This document shows, piece by piece, positions 55,186 through 64,000 of a stretch of 64,000 nt of DNA. A program made the position numbers and the translations under genes. Source of the DNA: Deltaproteobacteria bacterium (GTDB taxonomy: Bacteria > Myxococcota_A > Polyangia > Fen-1088); assembly GCA_033763315.1 (NCBI GenBank), contig JANRKS010000011.1, positions 64,001 to 128,000 of the forward strand. Direction: 5' to 3'. The notes under the pieces are model-generated. The model did no database searches. It was not told where the DNA came from and saw only the letters and a program-made list of their open reading frames with translations. The first letter of the stretch is position 1. Every line of letters starts with the position of its first letter.

Positions 55186-55878
55186 TTATTTCCATCCCCG
55201 TTCGGCCAAACTAACGAAGCCCTCGGCGCCCACGATCACGTGATCCAACACCCCGATGCCGCACAAGGTGCCAACTTGGCGCAGCCGTTCGGTCAAATCG
55301 TGATCTTGTGGCGAAGGCGAGGGATCGCCCGAGGGGTGGTTGTGGCAGAAGATGACGCTGGCCGCGGCTGCACGAATCAGCGGCCGAAACACGTCGCGCG
55401 GGTGCACATCCACGCCGGTTAGGCAGCCGCGCGCGAGGCACATCTCAAGCTGCACCCGGTTGCGCACATCCAGCCCCAAAACCCAGAACTCCTCCACCAA
55501 GCTGTGCGCCAAACGGGCGCGCAAATGTGTCCAGACATCGGACGCCTTGCCCAAAGGTTGGCCCCGCCGTGGCCGGGATCCGGACACCCGCCGCCCCAGC
55601 TCGAAAGCCGCTTGCAGGGTGCAAGCCCGCGCGGTGCCGATGCCTGGCGCCTCCTGCAATTCGATCGGCAGCGCATCGGCCAGGCCGCGCAAGTCGCCGA
55701 AGGTGGCCAACAAGCGGGACGCCACACTGGCCGCGCTGGCGTTTGCCGTGCCTGGACCAACCAGAAGGGTCAGCAATTCAGTGTCAGAGAGGGCCCCCGG
55801 CCCCAGTGAGACGAGGCGTTCGCGCGGGCGATCGTCGGGCGGCAAAGTGGCAGGGGAGGGAGCAAATTGTGGAATCAT
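55186..55878 (-). CDS. radC: RadC/JAB-domain protein
   Basis: RPRERL...G..ALSD.EL, HPRDVF, HNHPSGDPSPS..D, DHVI. Confidence 0.93.
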   Translation of the reverse strand: MIPQFAPSPATLPPDDRPRERLVSLGPGALSDTELLTLLVGPGTANASAASVASRLLATFGDLRGLADALPIELQEAPGIGTARACTLQAAFELGRRVSGSRPRRGQPLGKASDVWTHLRARLAHSLVEEFWVLGLDVRNRVQLEMCLARGCLTGVDVHPRDVFRPLIRAAAASVIFCHNHPSGDPSPSPQDHDLTERLRQVGTLCGIGVLDHVIVGAEGFVSLAERGWK

Positions 55879-55890
55879 TCCCGGCGTCTG

Positions 55891-55906
55891 TGCAGGGGCC
55901 ATGCCA
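55891..55906 (-). promoter_or_regulatory. Sigma54 -24/-12 promoter upstream of radC
   Basis: Minus strand TGGCATGGCCCCTGCA, GG-N10-GC. Confidence 0.65.
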
Positions 55907-56141
55907 CGCCCGATGCAAAGGCCGGTTGCTAAGGAAAGCAACAAAGCCAAACAAAGTTGTTGTGCTGCCTTCCGGCAGGTGTGCTACGTTTGGCTTCGCA
56001 AACCCGCACAGCGGTACCGGTTCTGCCCCATGCAGCCGGACCGGCGGTTCAGCACGGCTCGCGGCACTTGTTTGCCAGAGCGGTTGGTTGCGGAAGAGGC
56101 TAGGGGCGGAGCCGCTAATGATGTTTTCATAGGAGTTTGTC

Positions 56142-58844
56142 CTGAGTACCGACTCACGTTGGGAGGCCTCGGATGACGAAGCTGCCCCCTCTGCCACTTT
56201 AACAACCCAGCCCGCCGACGACACCAACAACGAAGACGCGTTTGAAGACGATGCCAAATCTGGCTCCGCCTCCGCCGCTTTCGATGGTGACGACGACGAA
56301 TCGGATGATGACGCTTCGGACGACGACGAGTCCGACGACGACGATGAAGGCGACGACGACGACGATGATTCGGATGACGATGATTCGGACGACGACGATG
56401 ACGAAGATGACGACGACGAATCGGATGACGATTCGCAAGACGATGACGACGACGATGACGACGACGAAGATGACGACGACGAGCCAACCGTTGTCATTCG
56501 CCTAAGCGACGACGAAGACGAGCCCGAATCGGCCGAACCGCCCGCGATGGTGGTTCACCCTGGTTTGTTGGTTTCAGCCGCGCCGGAGGAGGAGCACATC
56601 CCCTCGCCGATGCTGCAAAAGGCGTTGGTCAAGCTCAAGGAGGTCTTCAAGATCCCCTCGCTGCGTCCGGGGCAAGCCAAGATCATCGAATCCGTATTGG
56701 CGGGCCGCGACACTTTGGCCGTTATGCCCACGGGCAGCGGGAAGTCGCTCACCTACCAGCTGCCGTCGCTCATTCTCGACGGCCCCACGTTGGTGGTGTC
56801 GCCGTTGTTGGCGCTCATCGAAGATCAGTACAGCAAGCTGGTCAAGCAAGGTGTGCCGGTGGCGCGCATCGATTCGAGCCGCACGGCCAAAGAGCGTGCC
56901 GCCGATCTCGAAGCCGTCCGCCAAGGCAAGATCAAGCTCATTCTGATCACACCGGAATCCGTGGGCTCACCTGCGATTCAAGAGCAACTGGCGGGCGTGA
57001 AGTTCAGCCTGTTCGCCGTCGATGAAGCCCACTGCGTCTCGCAATGGGGTCACGATTTCCGGCCGGCCTACCTAGGCCTCCGTCGCGCCGCCCAGGTGCT
57101 GGGCCGCCCGCCGATCCTCGCGCTTACGGCCACCGCCACCCCGGCAATCGCCGACGACGTTCTGGTTCAGCTGGGCATGAAGGACTCGGAAGTGTTCCGC
57201 GTGTCCTTCCACCGCCCGAACCTCGCGTTCGACGTTCGTAAGGTGGGCGGCGAGGCCGATAAGCTGCGCTTGCTGGGCAAGATGATCCAGCGGCTGCGGC
57301 GCCCCGGCATCATCTACTGCGCCACCACGCGTGCCGTGGATGATCTTTTCATCGCGCTCAAAGCCGGCAAAATCCCCGTCGAGCGGTACCACGGCAAGAT
57401 GACGGCGGGTGAACGCGAAAGTTCACAAGCCTCGTTCATGCAGCACGGGCGCAAGGTGGTGATGATTGCCACCAACGCTTTTGGTTTGGGCATCGATAAG
57501 CCCGACATCCGGTACATCATTCACTATCAGATGCCCGGCTCGCCCGAGGCTTATGTTCAGGAAGCCGGACGTGCGGGCCGGGATGGCAAACTCGCCCGCT
57601 GCATCTTGCTGTTCCAACCTGAAGACATCGACATTCAGGAGTTCTTCCTCAAAGAAGCGCACCCCACCAAGAGCCAGGCGCAAAAGGTGGCCTACGGCCT
57701 TTACGCGTGGACCGATGAGGGCAAAGAAGTGTCGACGCGCGATCTGGCGATGTCGTTGGCTTTGCCCGAACGCCGCGTGCGCGTGGTTCTGTCGGTCCTT
57801 GAAGCCATGGGCGTGGCTGAAGAAGTCAAAGCGTCCAAGTGGCAGGGCGTGAACCCGCGGCCATCCAAAGAAGACATTGATAAGGCCGCCTCCGTGTTCG
57901 AGGCCCGCCGCATTTCGGATCGGCGCCGCTTGGCCGACACCTTGGCGTATATGAACGCCAACGCGTGCCGCGTTCAACTCTTGCGCGAATACTTCGGCGA
58001 GCCGGCCGGCGCACGCTGCGGCTTTTGCGATTCGTGCGCTGGCCTCGACAGCGAGTTGTTCGATCCCGGCGATGCCGACGGTCGCACAAGCTTGCATGAC
58101 GCCACCGACTTCAAAGGCAAAAAGCGCAAGCGCAAGAAGAAGCGCAGCGAAATGCCCACAAGCCAAACGCCACGTGCGCCGACCGGGCCCGTGGTCGTCG
58201 AACGGGTGTTTGCCAGCGCCATTCCCGAGGTGCTTCCACCTTTGGCGGCGCTGCCCTTACCCGAGGAGCCCGAGAGCGAAGCGCAGATCGACGAATCATT
58301 GTGGGCCGCTGTGGATGCCCCAGCGTCTGCTCTGGCGGGCGAAGCCGTGATCGACGAATGGCCGGTGTTCGAGGACGTGGAGCAACCGGCGTTTGTCGAA
58401 CTGCAACCGGGCCTGGACGACGCAACAAGTGCCGTGGCGGGCTTGGCGGCGGACGACTTCGACGGGCTGTGGAATGCTGTGCGCGACGCGAACCTGCGCC
58501 CGTACACCGAATGGCAAGATTCGCCGAAGGTGGCGCTGCCGGTGTTATCAGCCAAGCCGCTGCACAACAGTGGCCATGCCCCGAGTGGTCCCCATGGCCC
58601 GCGTCCGGGTGGCGGCGGTGGCAATAACTTTGCCGCCTCGGCGGATGGACGTGGTCGCCGACGCAACAAGAAGAAAAACCGCGGAAAACAGCGCGGCGGG
58701 CCCGACCGTGAGCGCGACCGCGGCCGCGACAAAGGTCGTCCTGGCCGTCCCCGCGACGAGGGCCGCAACCGCAACCGCGACCGCGACAGAGATCGGGATC
58801 GGGGCCCCCGGCTGCCCGGCTTCTATAATCCCGGCGGCGACTAA
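56142..58844 (+). CDS. recQ: RecQ-family helicase with poly-Asp N-terminus and Arg-rich C-terminus (CTG start proposed; first ATG 56547)
   Basis: PTGSGKS, DEAHCVSQWGHDFRP, QEAGRAGRDG, Zn-binding CR...CG.CD.C; frame open from 56133. Confidence 0.88.
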   Translation: MSTDSRWEASDDEAAPSATLTTQPADDTNNEDAFEDDAKSGSASAAFDGDDDESDDDASDDDESDDDDEGDDDDDDSDDDDSDDDDDEDDDDESDDDSQDDDDDDDDDEDDDDEPTVVIRLSDDEDEPESAEPPAMVVHPGLLVSAAPEEEHIPSPMLQKALVKLKEVFKIPSLRPGQAKIIESVLAGRDTLAVMPTGSGKSLTYQLPSLILDGPTLVVSPLLALIEDQYSKLVKQGVPVARIDSSRTAKERAADLEAVRQGKIKLILITPESVGSPAIQEQLAGVKFSLFAVDEAHCVSQWGHDFRPAYLGLRRAAQVLGRPPILALTATATPAIADDVLVQLGMKDSEVFRVSFHRPNLAFDVRKVGGEADKLRLLGKMIQRLRRPGIIYCATTRAVDDLFIALKAGKIPVERYHGKMTAGERESSQASFMQHGRKVVMIATNAFGLGIDKPDIRYIIHYQMPGSPEAYVQEAGRAGRDGKLARCILLFQPEDIDIQEFFLKEAHPTKSQAQKVAYGLYAWTDEGKEVSTRDLAMSLALPERRVRVVLSVLEAMGVAEEVKASKWQGVNPRPSKEDIDKAASVFEARRISDRRRLADTLAYMNANACRVQLLREYFGEPAGARCGFCDSCAGLDSELFDPGDADGRTSLHDATDFKGKKRKRKKKRSEMPTSQTPRAPTGPVVVERVFASAIPEVLPPLAALPLPEEPESEAQIDESLWAAVDAPASALAGEAVIDEWPVFEDVEQPAFVELQPGLDDATSAVAGLAADDFDGLWNAVRDANLRPYTEWQDSPKVALPVLSAKPLHNSGHAPSGPHGPRPGGGGGNNFAASADGRGRRRNKKKNRGKQRGGPDRERDRGRDKGRPGRPRDEGRNRNRDRDRDRDRGPRLPGFYNPGGD
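56283..56483 (+). repeat. GAC/GAT-rich low-complexity tract encoding poly-Asp
   Basis: About 67 codons almost only Asp/Glu/Ser, in frame with recQ. Confidence 0.9.
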
Positions 58845-58863
58845 CCGGCCCTTAGGTCATTCG

Positions 58864-58907
58864 CAAATCCCCACGAAGGCACACCTTGTGGGGATTTTGG
58901 CGTTTTT
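58864..58907 (+). terminator. Terminator-like hairpin after recQ
   Basis: AAATCCCCAC(G)AAGG-CACA-CCTTGTGGGGATTT followed by T runs. Confidence 0.7.
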
Positions 58908-59029
58908 ACGCACTTTGATTGCCTGATTTCCCCTCGCCGGCGTCACAAACAAATTATTGAGGAAGTGCGGTCGTGACGGCCGCGTTCAAAGGTTGGTGGT
59001 CCTGGCCACCGCATGCAAGGGAGTTCAGC

Positions 59030-59848
59030 ATGTTGCGTAGTTGCGTCATCGATCGCCTCCGGGTGTTGTCTTTCATCGGCATTTTGGTTGCAGCCGGATG
59101 CGGCGGTGCTTCGGGTACAGGCGACGACGGCGCGGGCGGCGAGGCTGGTGAGGGAGGCGGCGCAGGCGAAGCCGGGGGTGAAGGCGGTGGGCAGCAAGAG
59201 GGCGGCGCGGGCGGCAACAGCGTGCAAGGCGGCGCAGGGGGCAAGGGTGGCGCTTCGGCCGCGGGCGGCAAAGGCGGTTCCAACCAAGGCGGCAGCGGCG
59301 GCTCCGGTGGCACGACAAGCGGCGGTGGCAGTGGGGGCACAAACAGCGGAGGGCAAGGTGGTGCCGTGGCGGCGTCCCCGCTCGAGTTCTTTAAGAACGA
59401 GTGCGCCTCTTGCCACGGGGAAAAGGGCGAAGGCACCAAAGACGGCCCTGAAATCCAACACCCCGTACGCGCTTTCGCAAAGGAAGTGATCCGCAAGGGC
59501 CGCACGGGCCATCCGGACTATGACGACGACATGGCGGCGTTCTCGAGCACCGTGCTTCCGGACGCCAGCTTGAACGCCATCTTTGATTATCTGGATTCGC
59601 CGCCCAAACCCACGACGGGCAAGGCCCTTTACGTTGATTTCTGCCAAAACTGCCACGGCACCAAGGGCAACAACGGCCTGGCGGCGCATTCGGTGACCAC
59701 ACACATCGCCGACATCCCGCGCCTCGTGCGATCGGGCCATGGTGGAACATCGTATCTGTCACGCACGAGCTACATGCCCGCTTGGACCGCGCAACAGCTT
59801 TCGGACGCTGAGCTCAAACTCATCGCCGACGCCGTGCCTAACTTGTGA
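59030..59848 (+). CDS. Di-heme c-type cytochrome lipoprotein
   Basis: AAGC lipobox, long Gly-rich linker, CASCH and CQNCH, each with a distal Met (MAAF, MPAW). Confidence 0.88.
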   Translation: MLRSCVIDRLRVLSFIGILVAAGCGGASGTGDDGAGGEAGEGGGAGEAGGEGGGQQEGGAGGNSVQGGAGGKGGASAAGGKGGSNQGGSGGSGGTTSGGGSGGTNSGGQGGAVAASPLEFFKNECASCHGEKGEGTKDGPEIQHPVRAFAKEVIRKGRTGHPDYDDDMAAFSSTVLPDASLNAIFDYLDSPPKPTTGKALYVDFCQNCHGTKGNNGLAAHSVTTHIADIPRLVRSGHGGTSYLSRTSYMPAWTAQQLSDAELKLIADAVPNL

Positions 59849-59905
59849 GCGTTGTCTAGCGTGACGTGAAGACGCGCCGCGGATCTGCCGAAAGATCCGC
59901 TGGCC

Positions 59906-62900
59906 TTGTCTGAGCACCACATACACACAGACGTCGACCCAGCCCTGGTAGGGGCGCCGTTCGAGGTCATCGAAGCCAACCGCAACGTGGTTCATCGCTT
60001 CGGCGATTACGTGCTGGTGCAGCAAGTGGGGTGGGGTGGTCACGGCGTGGTCTACCGTGCCTGGCAAAAATCGGTGCGGCGTTGGGTGGCGCTGAAATTC
60101 CTGCACGTCGGCGACGCGGTGGCCATGCAGCGCTTCGAACGCGAAGCGCGCGTGGTTGCCAAGCTTGATCACCCCAACATCGTTCCGCTTTACGACGTTG
60201 GCAGTTTCGAGGGGCGTGCGTTCATCACGATGAAGCTGATCGAGGGGCACACGCTTGAAAACGCGCGCCTCGAAACCACGCGGGCCCTCAAGCTCATCGC
60301 CGCGGCGGCTGACGCCGTTCAACACGCACACGAACAGGGCATCGTTCACCGCGACCTCAAACCGTCGAACATGATGGTGTCGGCGGAGGGCCATTGTTAT
60401 GTGATGGACTTCGGCTTGGCTCAGGGGCTGGCGGGAGAATCGAAACTAACCAAGACGGGCGTTGTGAACGGCACGCCCTCTTATATGTCGCCTGAACACG
60501 CGCGTGGCCTCACGTGCGACGCGCGCAGCGACGTGTATTCGCTGGGCGCTTCGCTTTACGAATTGCTGGGGCGTCGCGCTCCCTTTGAGGGGGCCACGCC
60601 CGTGTTGGTCCTGGCAAGCGTCATCTCCAACGAGCCGTTGTCGGTGCGTCACTTGAATCCCAACGTCACGATGGAGATGGATTCCGTGGTGGCCAAAGCG
60701 ATGGATAAGGCGCCCTCGCGTCGCTACCAAACGGCAGGTGCTTTTGCCGCAGATGTGCGGCGCATTCTAGCGGGGCAACCAGTGCAGGCGCGGCCCTTGT
60801 CGACCTTGCCGCGGGCGTGGCGTTGGGTGGGGCGGCATCGCCTTGTCGCGGCCTTCTTCTCGTTGCTGGTCATCGGCGCCACCGCGGCGGTGGCCGCGTC
60901 GCTGTTTCATGCGGCCACGATGTCACGAGCTCAAGCACAGGCCGAGCGCGAACGCCGTTTGGCTGAGGAGAAGCTGGCTCAAAGCCTAATCTCTCAAGGT
61001 GATATGTTTGCCAGCAGCGGACGTTTGGCTGATGCCACCGCAAATTTCACAGAGGCCGAAGGCGTGCTGTTGCGATTGGGGCAATCGCCTTTGTCGGCAC
61101 GCTTGGGCTTGATGGTGGCGCGCCAGTCCGGATCGGTGCCATTGATTTCAATTGCAGCTCATACGGCAGCCACCACGGCCGTGCGTTTCTTCCCAGACGG
61201 TGAACGTGTGGCGTCCGCAAGCGAAGACGGAACGGTCCGCATCTGGGAAGCGTCGACAGGTCGCAACCTGCTTACATTCAAAGGGCATTTGGATCAAGTG
61301 TGGTCGTTGGCCATCGCGCCTGACGGAAGGAGCGTTGCCAGCGGAAGCAGCGACGGCAGCGTCAAGGTGTGGGATGCCCAAACCGGCGCCGTGATGAACA
61401 CATTCTTGGATCACAAGTCACGCGTGGGCGCATTGGTGTTCTCTCCAGATGGCGCTCGTCTATATAGCGGTGGCGAAGACAACATGATCCGCGCCTGGGA
61501 TCTGAAGGAGGCAAAGGCAGCCTTCGTGTTGGCTGGCCACAAGGGACGGGTGCGCGGCCTTTCAATCAGTCGAAACGGAAAACGGCTGGCTTCTGGGGGC
61601 GGTGACAATTCCGTTCGTCTGTGGGATCTGAACGCCCGCAAGGAGCTCCGATCCATGAAGGATTTGGCTTCGCTGTTCGTCGTGCGTTTCATCAACGCTG
61701 ACACCGCCGTGGTTGCGGCGGGGCAAGAGGGCGATTTAACAACGTGGTCGCTTGATGGCCAATTGCTGGATTGGGTGGACGCCAACCGCAGCGTGATCTC
61801 GGATTTGGCGCTGGAGGGTGAACTGCTTGTGTCGGCGGGTTGGGACGCGCGGACGCGCATCTTTGGCTTGCCAAAACAGGAGCCGCTGGGGGACATCGAG
61901 ACCGATGGAGCACGGGTTCTGTGCGTTGACATTTCGCCCCAAGGTCGCTTTCTGGTCAATGGCGATAGCAATGGCGCCCTGCGGGTGTTTGATTTGGCGA
62001 CCGCGGCGCGCCGACCGATTCGACGGCGTACGTTCGCTCCGGTCACGGTTGAATTCACGCGCGATGGTCGTTTGGCGGCAACGTGGCACAGCGACCCGTG
62101 GCAGCTTGTGTTGTGGGATGTGCAAACACGCATGGCTTTGCGTCGTTTGCTTTTGCCGGCGATCGTGCAACGCGCGGCTTTTGCGCCGCAGTCGTATCGC
62201 GTGGCCGCAGCGCTGGGAAACCGGGAGGCGTTGCTGTGGAACTTCGCAACGGGAGACCTTCGACGTTGGCAAACCGACGCTGTGGCTCATTCAGTGCGTT
62301 TCGCGGAAGACGAAAACCGCATTTGGATGGGCACCAATGGTGGCGTGGTGGTTCTGGATTCTCCGGCACTGCAGCCGCAACTGTTGCTGGGCAATTACGT
62401 GGCTCTACGGCTCGCCACCACGCGGGATGGCCGCTATTTTGCCACCGCAGGCCGCGGCGGCGATCTGGGATTGTGGGACGCGCATACCAACAAGCTTCTG
62501 CGTTGGTTCAAGCTCGGCGGCACGCTCACAAGCGTGGCGTTCTCACCAGATGGATCGCGCTTGGCCGCGGGCAGCGCGATCCACGGAGCCAAGCTGATCG
62601 ACACGTCCAATGGTCGAACCATCTCGCTGATGAAAGGTTTGGCGTCGCAGGTCTTTGGCATTGATGTGTCGCCCGATGGGGGCGTCATGGTGTCGGGCGG
62701 AAGCGATCGCATCGTGCGTTTGTGGGACGCCCACAGTGGTGCGGAGCTGCGTACGTTGCCTGAGAGTTCCTATGCGATCTCGAATGCGGCATTCGCCGAT
62801 GATGGCCGCGTGTTCGTGGGCACCGAGGATGGCACCTTCGATGTGTGGGATCCAAAGATTGGCCCGACGTTTGAAGTTTTGCGCGATCGGGTGGACGAAG

Positions 62901-63241
62901 CACGGGCGCACATCCAAAAGGGCGACGGCGGGCCCAAAGACTGGCTCGCGTTGGGCGATTGGTTTTCATCCCGCCACGTCTGCGCCACGGCTGTGCCCGC
63001 CTACGATAAGGCGCGCCTCGCGGGTTGGACGGCGGCCTCAGAAACGTACGCGCGCTGCTTGTGGAGCGTCGGCCGCCAAACGGATGCCCAACGAGAACTC
63101 CAAGCCGCCGTGCAAGCCGGGCTGTTGCCTGCGGCGTACGCAGAACTGCTGGCGAACGGCCCCCCGCTCTCGGATGCCCCATGGGCTGTGCCTAAAGAAC
63201 GTCATCTAGACGCTCCTACAGTCCAAAAATCCGCTGAATGA
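59906..63241 (+). CDS. Ser/Thr protein kinase with TM, WD40 repeats and TPR-like tail
   Basis: G.GG.G.VY, VALK, HRDLKPSN, DFG, SPE intact; many GH...WD repeats. Confidence 0.92.
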   Translation: MSEHHIHTDVDPALVGAPFEVIEANRNVVHRFGDYVLVQQVGWGGHGVVYRAWQKSVRRWVALKFLHVGDAVAMQRFEREARVVAKLDHPNIVPLYDVGSFEGRAFITMKLIEGHTLENARLETTRALKLIAAAADAVQHAHEQGIVHRDLKPSNMMVSAEGHCYVMDFGLAQGLAGESKLTKTGVVNGTPSYMSPEHARGLTCDARSDVYSLGASLYELLGRRAPFEGATPVLVLASVISNEPLSVRHLNPNVTMEMDSVVAKAMDKAPSRRYQTAGAFAADVRRILAGQPVQARPLSTLPRAWRWVGRHRLVAAFFSLLVIGATAAVAASLFHAATMSRAQAQAERERRLAEEKLAQSLISQGDMFASSGRLADATANFTEAEGVLLRLGQSPLSARLGLMVARQSGSVPLISIAAHTAATTAVRFFPDGERVASASEDGTVRIWEASTGRNLLTFKGHLDQVWSLAIAPDGRSVASGSSDGSVKVWDAQTGAVMNTFLDHKSRVGALVFSPDGARLYSGGEDNMIRAWDLKEAKAAFVLAGHKGRVRGLSISRNGKRLASGGGDNSVRLWDLNARKELRSMKDLASLFVVRFINADTAVVAAGQEGDLTTWSLDGQLLDWVDANRSVISDLALEGELLVSAGWDARTRIFGLPKQEPLGDIETDGARVLCVDISPQGRFLVNGDSNGALRVFDLATAARRPIRRRTFAPVTVEFTRDGRLAATWHSDPWQLVLWDVQTRMALRRLLLPAIVQRAAFAPQSYRVAAALGNREALLWNFATGDLRRWQTDAVAHSVRFAEDENRIWMGTNGGVVVLDSPALQPQLLLGNYVALRLATTRDGRYFATAGRGGDLGLWDAHTNKLLRWFKLGGTLTSVAFSPDGSRLAAGSAIHGAKLIDTSNGRTISLMKGLASQVFGIDVSPDGGVMVSGGSDRIVRLWDAHSGAELRTLPESSYAISNAAFADDGRVFVGTEDGTFDVWDPKIGPTFEVLRDRVDEARAHIQKGDGGPKDWLALGDWFSSRHVCATAVPAYDKARLAGWTAASETYARCLWSVGRQTDAQRELQAAVQAGLLPAAYAELLANGPPLSDAPWAVPKERHLDAPTVQKSAE

Positions 63242-64000
63242 AGTTCTTCTTGGTTTTGGTGGTCTGACGACGGAGCGTCACTGTCAATGACTGGTTCTTC
63301 TTGGCGCTCACGCTCAGCTTCTTCTTCACTGGCACATAGCCGGCTTTGACGAACGTGAGTTCATAACTCATGCCTGCCTTAAAACGCAGGCTTAACGGCG
63401 CGCGTCCGAACACGCGCTTTTTCAGCTTTACCACGGCGCCCGCGGGCCGCGACGCGATCTTCACTGACACCACAGGAGGTGGCGCCGGTGGTTTTGCTGG
63501 AGCCTTCGGCGGTGTGGCAGGGGGCTTGCGTTTGCTTAGAGGGGCGGGTGCTTCGTCGTCCGGATCTTCGCCGATCACCTTCTGATCGAGATCGGGTTCC
63601 GCCTGTGCCAAGAGGGCTTCTTCGTTGTCGTCGTCATCGCCTTCGGCTTCCGCTGCCGCGTCAGGCGCCGCATCAGAAACGGCTGCGAGCGGTGCCGCGT
63701 CGACACTCTCACTGGGCGCAGGCTTGGCCTCGGCCACAGGGGCAGGCGGAGGCGCCGGTGCGGGTGCCGGGGCGGTTGCCTTCGGACTGCGCCCATACTT
63801 CCACCAGCCCACCACAGCTAAGGCCAGCACGCCCAACGCAAGGTAAGCGCGCCGGCTGCCTGGCGGGGTGACCGTGGCCGTTGTAGAGGCGGCGTCAGGT
63901 GGCGGCGGCGGTGGGGTGGGCCGTTCGGGTTTGGTTTGGCCACTCGTAGCCGCAAATGCCACTTCGTCTTGCACCACGCCGTCATTCGAAATCGGCTTTG
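63216..64000 (-). CDS. Membrane protein with C-terminal PEGA-like domain, 5'-partial
   Basis: TM, Pro/acidic linker, I.SRPAGA.V......G.APL...KAGY; frame runs off the window end. Confidence 0.75.
   Translation of the reverse strand, partial: KPISNDGVVQDEVAFAATSGQTKPERPTPPPPPPDAASTTATVTPPGSRRAYLALGVLALAVVGWWKYGRSPKATAPAPAPAPPPAPVAEAKPAPSESVDAAPLAAVSDAAPDAAAEAEGDDDDNEEALLAQAEPDLDQKVIGEDPDDEAPAPLSKRKPPATPPKAPAKPPAPPPVVSVKIASRPAGAVVKLKKRVFGRAPLSLRFKAGMSYELTFVKAGYVPVKKKLSVSAKKNQSLTVTLRRQTTKTKKNFIQRIFGL

Noticed and set aside
55186-55878. radC as a marker of a mobile element
   Set aside because: Full-length chromosomal-type RadC among ordinary genes; no integrase or att sites seen.
55784-56505. 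Poly-Ser (minus strand), Arg/His and Thr/Met ORFs
   Set aside because: Alternative frames of the GAC/GAT tract; only the Asp frame is continuous with recQ and has an RBS.
59003-59017. Sigma54-like TGGCCACCGCATGCA upstream of the cytochrome gene
   Set aside because: GG-to-GC spacing is 9, not the required 10.

Overview
GC-rich bacterial window with a myxobacterial (Myxococcota/Polyangia-like) gene repertoire; the taxon is inferred from gene families only. (1) 1-11.4 kb: organosulfur-scavenging island with two DszB-like proteins, an MFS transporter, an ssuABC-like ABC transporter, an atypical class II aldolase, two LLM monooxygenases, a DUF2325 protein, an SfnR-like sigma54 activator and an XRE-cupin regulator. 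(2) 11.7-21.6 kb: nine-gene outer-membrane uptake operon (PstS-like binding protein, lipoproteins, OprP/O-like porin, ExbB-ExbD-TonB, TonB-dependent receptor). It shares a sigma54 promoter, paired TGCTGC-N4-GCAGCA boxes and strong Met depletion with the sulfur genes, and is the best candidate for an undescribed sulfur-starvation uptake system. (3) 24-34 kb: a pseudokinase-GYF-AgmX-like protein, then a MoxR/RavA operon with two uncharacterised genes and an orphan methyltransferase. This operon is split by a VapBC module bracketed by a ~120-bp direct repeat of the gene junction, and is followed by a second TA pair and decayed gene fragments. (4) 34-64 kb: mostly ordinary genes (M16 peptidase, fibro-slime, DUF1592/DUF1552, glycosidases, RlmI, RNB, S1, ECF/anti-sigma, RadC, di-heme cytochrome c, kinase-WD40), plus a RecQ whose poly-Asp N-terminal extension appears to need a CTG start codon. 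No rRNA, tRNA, CRISPR array, transposase or integrase was recognised. All calls are by-eye motif recognition; no searches were run.
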